DNA of 64,000 nt. Source: Candidatus Sericytochromatia bacterium (GTDB lineage Bacteria; Cyanobacteriota; Sericytochromatia; UBA7694). Where the stretch lies: contig JACYMC010000173.1 in the NCBI GenBank assembly GCA_015272195.1, positions 28,642 through 92,641 of the forward strand, given 5' to 3'. Shown here in pieces: positions 56,832 through 64,000 of this stretch. The notes below the pieces were generated by a model. It had not been told where the DNA came from, made no database searches, and was given only the letters and a program-made list of their open reading frames with translations. The translations under genes and the position numbers were made by a program. Each line of letters opens with the position of its first letter. The stretch's first letter is position 1.

Positions 56832-58675
56832 CTGAAGTCCCCTTGATCCCCCGTGAGGTTCTGTTTGGTAACCCGCGCTATCTTTCACCCCGGCTGTCAC
56901 CGGATGGGCGTTTGCTGGCCTATGTGGCACCCGATCAGGGGGTGCTGAATGTCTGGATTCGTACAGTTGGCGAAAATGATGACCGTGTGTTAACCCGTGA
57001 CCGCGATCGGGGTGTGCGCAGCTATTTCTGGGCGCCTGACGGCACGCGGATTCTGTATTTGCAGGACAGTGGCGGAAACGAAAACTGGCGGCTTTATGGG
57101 GTCAGTCTGGCGGATGGCAGCGTGCAGGACTATACCCCTTTTGAAAATGTCCAGACCCAGGTGATTCAGCGCGACAGACACCGGCGCGATGAGCTGCTGA
57201 TTGCCATGAACCTGGATAACCCCCAGGCCCACGATATCTACTGCCTGAATCTGCAGAACGGCGCACTCGAAAAACGCGCCGAAAATCCGGGCAATGTGCT
57301 GGGCTGGGTGGCTGACAGTCATTTTGATGTGCGTGCGGCGCTGGCGGCAACGGAAGATGGCGGGATGGCGCTCTGGTACCGCGACAGTGCGCAGGCGCAG
57401 TGGCAGACCTTGCAGACCTGGGGCATGGAAGACAGTCTTAACAGCAGTCCGTCGCATTTTTCGCGTGATGGCCAGACCCTGTTTATGATGGACTCTCAGG
57501 GCCTGAACACCACCGCTTTGGTGGCCCTGGATCTGGCCACACAGACCCGTACCGTGCTGGCTGCTGACCCAGACTATGATCTCAGCCAGCTGTTTGTACA
57601 TCCCGATACCTACGCGGTACAGGCGGTTTGCTTTACACGGGCCCGCGAAGAGTGGCAGGTGCTGGACCCGGCGGTGGCCGACGATTTTGCTTTTTTAAAG
57701 GCCTTTGCCGCGGGTGATTTTCAGGTGATGAATCGCGATGATGCAGACACGATCTGGCTGGTGGCCTATGATTTTGACAATGCCCCTTTGCACTATTATG
57801 CTTACGACCGCCAGCAACAGACAATGACCTTCTTGTTTGCCCATCAGCCGGCCCTGGCCGATTATACGCTGGCTCACATGGAGCCGATTCAGCTACAGGC
57901 CAGCGATGGCCTGCCCTTGCAGGGCTATATCACCTTTCCGCCGGGTATGCCGTGCGAAAAGCTCCCACTGGTGCTGAACGTGCATGGCGGGCCCTGGTGG
58001 CGTGATACCTGGGGTTATAGTGCAGAGGCCCAGTGGCTGGCCAATCGGGGATATGCCTGCCTGCAGCTGAACTTTCGTGGCTCTACCGGCTATGGCAAAG
58101 ATTTTTTAAATGCCGGCGATCGCGAGTGGGGCGGCAAAATGCATCAGGACCTGCTCGATGCAGTCGACTGGGCGGTGGCCCAGGGCTGGGTGGATCCGCA
58201 GCGCGTGGCCATTTATGGCGGCTCTTATGGCGGCTATGCCGCTCTGGTTGGTGCGACCTTTACGCCAGATCGCTTCTGCTGCGCGGTGGATATGGTGGGC
58301 CCCAGCAGTTTGCTGACCCTGATTGCCTCCTTTCCGCCTTACTGGTCTGCCATGCTCGATAACTTTAAGCGCCGGGTGGGGGATCCCGATACTGAGCCCG
58401 AATTTTTGCAGTCGCGTTCGCCGCTGTTTTTTGTAGACCAGATTCAGATTCCGCTGCTGATTGCCCAGGGGGCCAACGATCCGCGCGTGACCCTGCAGGA
58501 AGCCGAGCAGATTGTGGCAGCCCTTCAGGCCAAAGGGCTGGACCATGAGTACCTGCTTTTTGAGGATGAAGGTCACGGTCTGGCCAAGCCAGATAACCGC
58601 ATGCGTTTTTATGCGGCAGTTGAGGCCTTTCTGGCACGCTGTCTGGGCGGACGCGCTCAGGAGATTGCGCTGTAA
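56828..58675 (+). CDS. S9-family serine peptidase (prolyl oligopeptidase/dipeptidyl aminopeptidase-like; beta-propeller plus alpha/beta hydrolase)
   Basis: The C-terminal catalytic domain has nucleophile GGSYGGYAAL, then QGANDPRV (Asp) and EGHGL (His). An AAGGAG SD lies 7 nt upstream. An ATGA overlap joins it to the MTase. Confidence 0.85.
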   Translation: MTEVPLIPREVLFGNPRYLSPRLSPDGRLLAYVAPDQGVLNVWIRTVGENDDRVLTRDRDRGVRSYFWAPDGTRILYLQDSGGNENWRLYGVSLADGSVQDYTPFENVQTQVIQRDRHRRDELLIAMNLDNPQAHDIYCLNLQNGALEKRAENPGNVLGWVADSHFDVRAALAATEDGGMALWYRDSAQAQWQTLQTWGMEDSLNSSPSHFSRDGQTLFMMDSQGLNTTALVALDLATQTRTVLAADPDYDLSQLFVHPDTYAVQAVCFTRAREEWQVLDPAVADDFAFLKAFAAGDFQVMNRDDADTIWLVAYDFDNAPLHYYAYDRQQQTMTFLFAHQPALADYTLAHMEPIQLQASDGLPLQGYITFPPGMPCEKLPLVLNVHGGPWWRDTWGYSAEAQWLANRGYACLQLNFRGSTGYGKDFLNAGDREWGGKMHQDLLDAVDWAVAQGWVDPQRVAIYGGSYGGYAALVGATFTPDRFCCAVDMVGPSSLLTLIASFPPYWSAMLDNFKRRVGDPDTEPEFLQSRSPLFFVDQIQIPLLIAQGANDPRVTLQEAEQIVAALQAKGLDHEYLLFEDEGHGLAKPDNRMRFYAAVEAFLARCLGGRAQEIAL

Positions 58676-60510
58676 GCCTGCTGGGCTGCAGCGGCAATCT
58701 GCGGATCGCGGGCACTCAGGTGCCCCTGCAGCGCTTGCTGTAAACCCTGCTGGGGGGTGCGGCGTAATTGCTCCAGAACGGTGATCAGCACATTGCGGTC
58801 ACTGTCCTGCAGCAAGGTCTGAAATTGGCTGAGCTCGGCAGGCAGCCCCTGCTGGTGGAGCTGAAACAGGCTGCGAGCGGCCTGTACCCTTACGCTCGGT
58901 TTATCGTCTGTGAGCGCCTGGTTCAGGCCCTGCCAGCTGGCCTGACTGATGTGTTTGCCCAGGGCTTCGGCTGCCCGTGCCCGGACCAGAAAGTCACTGT
59001 CTTCTGCCAGGCATGTGAGCAGGTTTTCGGTGGCCTGGGGGTCGAGATGCTGCTCCAGACCTGCGACTGCAGCCTGGCGTACCCAGCTGTCTTCATCTGC
59101 TGTGCCCTGTATTAAAAAGGGCAGGCAGTTGGCATAAGGCATTTTGCCAATGCTCATCATGGCAGCCTCGCGCACATCGCTGCTGCTGTCATGCAGCAGG
59201 GTCTGAAAGCTTTCGCAGCTCTGGTCCAGAATGTGTTCGGGCAGATAATGCAGATGACTGGCAACGCTGAGACGTTGCCAGTCGGCTTCGGCCTGAGCAA
59301 AAGTGGCCATTTCCTGGATGCTTTGATCGGGGTGATAGCGCATCAGCTGTTCCAGAGCGGCTGTTTGCAGATCCTGCGGTTGTGCTGCGCTCAGAAGGTT
59401 TTTTAAGCGGTCGGCAGGTGCTGCTACTTTGCGTCCAGATAAGCTGAGCAGGGCCACGGTGCGCACCCAGCTGTCGCTATGCTCCAGGGCTTTCAGCAAA
59501 ATCGGGTGACAGTCTTCAGTGGGTAAGTGATGCAGGACCTCGATGGCCCGTTGGGCGTAATGTCTATTATCCGAATCCAGCCAGTCGGACAGGGCCTGCA
59601 GCGTTTTGTTCAGGCTCAGCTGCTGGGCATCCAGCAGGGCTTGCTCGCGCAAATGGGCCAGTTCAGTAAACAGCGCAGTTTCAACCAGCGCGGGGATCAC
59701 AAGCGGGTCGTGAAACTGCTGAAGGGTTTTCAGAACCTCGGGAGTCAGTTCCGGTGCGTCTTTAAGCATGCGTACCAGTGCCGGAATCGCGCGCCGGTCC
59801 AGCAGCTTGCCCAGGGCCTGAATGGCGTTCAGACGTGCGGTCGTGTCTTTGCTGTTGGCATCCATTAACAGGGGCCAGATCTCTTCTTCAGGGGCAATCT
59901 GGTGCAGGCTTTCGGCGGCGCTGAAGCGCACCCACTGATCGCTGTCCAGCAGACGGTCTTCGAGCGCAGGGCTGGCCAGAAAGGCGTTCTGGGCGCCCAG
60001 AGCCTCTGCGGCAGTGGCCCGCACCACGGCGTTTTTATCGGTCAGGACACCAATCAGAGCTTCCAGTGCCTGGGGGGGGAGCTGCGGCCGGTTGCCCAGG
60101 GCTTCTGCTGCGGTTGAGCGCACCAGATAATCGCTGTCTTGCAGGCGCTCCAGCAATACCGGCAGCACGCTGGCATCATCGCTGAAATGACTGAGGCTGC
60201 TGACGGCAGGCAGGCGGACTTCTGGTGCCGGATCGGCTGAAAGACGTTGTAGAGCGGCCAGACTCAGGGCCGTCTGGTGCTCGGCCAGCATCTCAGCGGC
60301 CTGCTGGCGTAGGCTCAGATCCGGATGCTCTGTTAAAGCCAGCAGGGCCTGATGGCGAAAAATCTGACCCTGTTGACCGTCAGCAGTGGCTTCACTGCTG
60401 TGGCTTGTGTTTGTCAATTCAGGGGCTTGACCGATCAGCGCATCAATCAGGGCGTTGACATCATCCATTGCTTGCACTCCCTCAGCGGCCGCACTTGAAT
60501 CTGGTCGCAT
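58657..60510 (-). CDS. HEAT-repeat (PBS-lyase type) protein
   Basis: There are at least 10 repeats of the D-x-D/S-x-x-VR-x-x-A-A-E-A-L-G type (DSDYLVRSTAAEALG, DKNAVVRATAAEALG, DEDSWVRQAAVAGL, DSDFLVRARAAEALG, DDKPSVRVQAARSL). It overlaps the convergent peptidase gene by 19 nt. Confidence 0.8.
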   Translation of the reverse strand: MRPDSSAAAEGVQAMDDVNALIDALIGQAPELTNTSHSSEATADGQQGQIFRHQALLALTEHPDLSLRQQAAEMLAEHQTALSLAALQRLSADPAPEVRLPAVSSLSHFSDDASVLPVLLERLQDSDYLVRSTAAEALGNRPQLPPQALEALIGVLTDKNAVVRATAAEALGAQNAFLASPALEDRLLDSDQWVRFSAAESLHQIAPEEEIWPLLMDANSKDTTARLNAIQALGKLLDRRAIPALVRMLKDAPELTPEVLKTLQQFHDPLVIPALVETALFTELAHLREQALLDAQQLSLNKTLQALSDWLDSDNRHYAQRAIEVLHHLPTEDCHPILLKALEHSDSWVRTVALLSLSGRKVAAPADRLKNLLSAAQPQDLQTAALEQLMRYHPDQSIQEMATFAQAEADWQRLSVASHLHYLPEHILDQSCESFQTLLHDSSSDVREAAMMSIGKMPYANCLPFLIQGTADEDSWVRQAAVAGLEQHLDPQATENLLTCLAEDSDFLVRARAAEALGKHISQASWQGLNQALTDDKPSVRVQAARSLFQLHQQGLPAELSQFQTLLQDSDRNVLITVLEQLRRTPQQGLQQALQGHLSARDPQIAAAAQQAYSAIS

Positions 60511-60574
60511 TGTTCAGCTTGATTGTAGCACTTGTCAGACCAAAAAGGCAGCCGGGGCAGGATGATCCAAACGC

Positions 60575-63049
60575 TTAATTTCCATTCATGAGGGCGTCCA
60601 GACTGCGCTCAAACTCCAGTACTTCGAGAACTTTTTCGAGGGTTTCGCGGGTGGCCCGGGGATCAGGCAGATAGCGCCCCTGGTCGCCTGAGGCTGCCTG
60701 AATAAAGCGTTTGTCCTGCAGCAGCGCCTGAAAGTCTTCGGGCAATTGATCCCAGATCTCAGGAAGGGCCTGGGCGGGATTCTGTGACAGACGGTCAAAA
60801 AACTGCAGGGTTTTGCTGACCTTGCGTTCTTCAGGATTAAAGACCTCGTTGCCCAGACCGCGCAGATAATTCCAGGTATGCCCAAAAGTTTGTGTGCTCA
60901 GTGCGGCGCTGGGCTGGGCCATGACGGTATTAAAAAAGCTGCGGGCCTGCTGATAATCGCGTTGATCTTTGAGGTCTTCATTGCGCAACTGGTTGAGATA
61001 ATAAGCATGACCGCCGATTTCGCCCAGGGCCAGCATCATGGCTGAAAACGCCGGATCTTTGAGCTTTTCGCGCAGGGCCGGGCTGGCATCAGGAAAGAGA
61101 CTATCAATTTCGCGTGGGTTACGGAACTGCTGAAAAAAGCGTTTGGCGCCGGGGGCCTGGCCGTCACCGACAATCAGGTTGCGGGTGTGCTCGTTGAGCT
61201 GGCGAAAGACCTGATAGTCAGGATCACCCTGCTGGTAAATTTTTTCGGTCGGAATATAGGGCATATCCACCCGCTCCAGCAGGGAGCGGTGGGTCTCGAC
61301 GACGGCCAGGACGGTTTCGGGCTGTAAATACAGCGGCCGTTCTGATGCGTTGAGGCCCATCAGATTTTTAAACTCATCGCGGATAAAAGCTTTGACGTGT
61401 TCCTGTGTGGGGCTGATCTGAAAGCGTTGCTGCAGTGCTTCGCGGGCAAAACGCTCCACTTCTGAGGGCTGGTAATGGGTGCTTTCGCGAGCGCCAGAAC
61501 CCGTTTTGCGGGCCTGAATACTTGGCAGCGCGTTGATAAAAAAGAACTTGGCGGGTGAGCTTTGCATCAGCCCCCCGGGATCCAGCACAAAGGCTTTATA
61601 CGATTCGGCAAAATCTTCCATCGGATCCGTGGCCGCGTAGGCCGAGACAAATTTTTGGCTGCGGGCTGCGGGCTCCAGCTCAGCACGGTAGTTTCCGGCG
61701 TCCATCTTGCCGTCTGAAGCCAGTACATTATAAACGTCGATCAGGTCTTCACCGCTGTAAGCGCCCTGTATATAGCCATCGGCCCGGCCTTTATCGGCAG
61801 TTTCGCGCCAGTTTGAGATTTTGGCGAATTCAGCGATATAGTATTGTTCATTTTTAAGGCCCAGCTGAAAGTGATGGCCCATTTCGTGCACCAGGATTTC
61901 TTCTGCGCGCGAGACCTGGCTGCCGCTGTGGGCGCGAAAATCATTGGCAATGTCTTGCATTACAAAGCGCAGGCTGGCCTCGCCAAAGTCGCTGCGCGCA
62001 AATTCTTCGAGCAGTTGTTTCATGGCCGGATCGGGCAGCAGACTGAGGTTTTCCATACGACTCCTGATATCCGTCATGCGGCTGATCATATCAAACTGGG
62101 GTGAGCTGGCCAGCAGGGCCAGCTGTTGCAGTTCCTGACTTTGTTGCGGACTCAGCTTGTGTTTCTGGGCCTGACGGCTGAGCAGCTCAACCTGCACGGT
62201 GCGAACAGCCTGAGCTGTTTTGGGGCCCCAGACCCCATCGGTTGTCAGCGGGGTTTTGTTCAGACTGACCAGGTAAGCATTTAGCATTTCCTGGACCTGC
62301 CGGGTACTGGTGTTTTGGCCCGCCTGCCCGACCTGTCGCAAACTGTTTCGCAGGCTGCTGTTGAGTTCGGGAATGCTGTCCCGCAAGCCTGCATCATAAA
62401 GGATTACGGATTTGTTGGCAATGTCATAATGGCCGGCAATACTCTGAGCGGCAATCTGATGCAGCATACTGCCAGAGGGCATTTCTGCGTGCGCGGCCCG
62501 CACAAAGTTTACGCCATCCAGCTGCTTGCGCTGGGCAATGGGCAGACGCTGAATGGCGCTGGTCAGACTCAGCAAAGCGTCCAGCTCCCATTGTTTGCCC
62601 TGCTGACCGCTGAAAACCACACGGTCAGTCTGTACCAGTTGTTTGATCACTTGCTGTGCATTGGCTTTGATCTGGGCGCGGGCCTGTGCCACGGGCTGGG
62701 TGCTGTTGATATTTAAAATGCGTCGCTGCAAATGTTCAGGAATATTCTGAATTTGCTGCAGTTCTTCAGCGTTGAGATAGTGACTGGCGTCGGTCAGTTG
62801 ACCGCTGGCGTCCTGAACCATCAGGTTGGGCTGGTTTTTGACCGCTGAAGGCATCTGGCGCGAAAAAGACTGAACGGAAGCGAAGGAATCCACGACCAGT
62901 GGGGCGGATTTACTTTGCGATGCGCTGCCCGCAACGCTTTGTGCCTGGTTCAGACTGGACTGGCTGCTGATGGGGCCTGCAGAGACTTTGCCGGGCACGA
63001 CGGGTTGGGGGTAAAAGCGTTCAATGGCTGTTTTGAACAGATTTCCCAT
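60575..63049 (-). CDS. Large signal-less protein with a peptidoglycan-binding-like motif and an HExxH zinc-metallopeptidase motif; hypothetical
   Basis: There is no N-terminal hydrophobic segment. The PG_binding_1-like motif is DGVWGPKTAQAVRTVQ. VHEMGHHFQ is followed ~60 aa later by DPMEDFAESY, a candidate third zinc ligand. Confidence 0.55.
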   Translation of the reverse strand: MGNLFKTAIERFYPQPVVPGKVSAGPISSQSSLNQAQSVAGSASQSKSAPLVVDSFASVQSFSRQMPSAVKNQPNLMVQDASGQLTDASHYLNAEELQQIQNIPEHLQRRILNINSTQPVAQARAQIKANAQQVIKQLVQTDRVVFSGQQGKQWELDALLSLTSAIQRLPIAQRKQLDGVNFVRAAHAEMPSGSMLHQIAAQSIAGHYDIANKSVILYDAGLRDSIPELNSSLRNSLRQVGQAGQNTSTRQVQEMLNAYLVSLNKTPLTTDGVWGPKTAQAVRTVQVELLSRQAQKHKLSPQQSQELQQLALLASSPQFDMISRMTDIRSRMENLSLLPDPAMKQLLEEFARSDFGEASLRFVMQDIANDFRAHSGSQVSRAEEILVHEMGHHFQLGLKNEQYYIAEFAKISNWRETADKGRADGYIQGAYSGEDLIDVYNVLASDGKMDAGNYRAELEPAARSQKFVSAYAATDPMEDFAESYKAFVLDPGGLMQSSPAKFFFINALPSIQARKTGSGARESTHYQPSEVERFAREALQQRFQISPTQEHVKAFIRDEFKNLMGLNASERPLYLQPETVLAVVETHRSLLERVDMPYIPTEKIYQQGDPDYQVFRQLNEHTRNLIVGDGQAPGAKRFFQQFRNPREIDSLFPDASPALREKLKDPAFSAMMLALGEIGGHAYYLNQLRNEDLKDQRDYQQARSFFNTVMAQPSAALSTQTFGHTWNYLRGLGNEVFNPEERKVSKTLQFFDRLSQNPAQALPEIWDQLPEDFQALLQDKRFIQAASGDQGRYLPDPRATRETLEKVLEVLEFERSLDALMNGN

Positions 63050-63167
63050 CTTGCCTTCTCCTGTTTGTGTGCTTGCTTTAAACTATAGTATAGGTACAGT
63101 CAGGGGTAAAGCTGACGCCATTTTACGCAGTTTTAACGAAGGCTTGAGGTCTGAACGGTAACACAAC

Positions 63168-64000
63168 ATGAAAAGTGTGACAGCAAAGTCTGGCGTCAAG
63201 GTGCGTCTGGCCCAGATCAGCCAGCAGGTGGGTGAGGGTTTTTATTTGCCCTACTCTGTTGGCCTGCTGCAGGCTTATGCAGCCTCTAAAATGCCCGAAC
63301 ACTTTCAATTTTTGCCGCCGGTGTACCAGCGTCTGCCGGTGTCTGAAGCGCTCAGGACCTTTTCTGACGTGATGATTATTGGGCTCAGCCTCTATGTCTG
63401 GAATACCCGCCGTTCCCTGGCCTGGGCTGAAGCGCTGAAAGCTGAAATGCCAGAGCGTCTGATCATTGTGGGCGGGCCTCAGGTGCCCGATCGGGCGGAA
63501 AGCTTTTTACGCCAGCATCCCTTTATTGATGTCTGCGTGCACGGACCGGGTGAAGCTGTTTTTTTAGCCTTGCTCGAGGCCTGGCCAGAGCGCAAAGCTG
63601 AAGCCTGGCAGCAGATTTCGGGACTGTCGTATTTAAACGCCGCGGGTGACTTCTGTCATCTGCCACCAGCCCCCCGTCTGGCTGATCTTACCGTTTATCC
63701 TTCACCCTATCTCAACGGTGTTTTTGATCCGTTGCTTTCTGATCCTGTGCGCTGGCATGCCATTCTCGAAACCAATCGGGGTTGTCCTTTTTCGTGCACC
63801 TATTGTGACTGGGGTTCTGCCACGGCCAGCCGTGTGAACCGCTTTGATGAGGCGCGGGTGCTCCAGGAAATGGAATGGATAGCCCGGCAGCAGATTTTTG
63901 ATGTTTTCTGTGCCGATGCCAACTTTGGCATGCTGAAACGGGATTTGCACTTTGCGCAGCAGATGGCTTTGCTGCGTCAGCGGTATCAAGCTCCCCAGGC
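63168..64000 (+). CDS. B12-binding radical SAM protein, 3'-truncated by the window end
   Basis: The N-terminal cobalamin-binding-type domain reads LIIVGGPQVPDRAESFLRQHPFIDVCVHGPGE. The radical SAM motif is ETNRGCPFSCTYCDWG. It has no stop within the window, so it is absent from the ORF track. Confidence 0.75.
   Translation, partial: MKSVTAKSGVKVRLAQISQQVGEGFYLPYSVGLLQAYAASKMPEHFQFLPPVYQRLPVSEALRTFSDVMIIGLSLYVWNTRRSLAWAEALKAEMPERLIIVGGPQVPDRAESFLRQHPFIDVCVHGPGEAVFLALLEAWPERKAEAWQQISGLSYLNAAGDFCHLPPAPRLADLTVYPSPYLNGVFDPLLSDPVRWHAILETNRGCPFSCTYCDWGSATASRVNRFDEARVLQEMEWIARQQIFDVFCADANFGMLKRDLHFAQQMALLRQRYQAPQ

Noticed and set aside
63123-63308. 61 aa minus-strand ORF at the start of the terminal radical-SAM gene
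   Set aside because: It overlaps the well-supported plus-strand rSAM N-terminus (B12-binding domain) and has no SD or motifs.

Overview
This is a roughly 59% GC chromosomal segment of a bacterium with a Gram-negative-type envelope (many lipobox lipoproteins and type IV pilin-like proteins). Housekeeping genes are densely packed. They include a division/cell-wall cluster on the minus strand (mraY-murD-ftsW-murG-murC-murB-ftsQ-ftsZ, with no ftsA, ddl, murE or murF). They also include a type-B sdhCAB (frdCAB-like) operon, aroA, aroQ, ruvB, eda, malQ and tRNA-Val. Between these sit envelope and surface loci. The most unusual is a 12 kb co-directional block at 32.1-44.2 kb. It encodes a PilX-like protein, a 1442 aa pilin-fused giant protein and a 375 aa pilin-like protein, followed by a small membrane protein, a B12-binding radical-SAM/methyltransferase fusion, a cysteine-less paralogue of that fusion, and a stand-alone methyltransferase. 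The block is bracketed by two intrinsic terminators. Other notable genes are a tandem two-domain Ser/Thr kinase and an alpha/beta hydrolase whose nucleophile Ser is Gly. There is also a protein made of three tandem MshEN (GspE N-terminal, c-di-GMP-binding type) domains. An orphan CpaB/SAF protein sits next to a 1251 aa Ig/IPT/LTD surface lipoprotein. An 824 aa signal-less HExxH protein with a peptidoglycan-binding motif lies beside a HEAT-repeat protein and a third B12 radical-SAM gene at the window edge. No CRISPR array, transposase, integrase or rRNA was found. Most short ORFs on the opposite strand of large genes are high-GC shadow frames.
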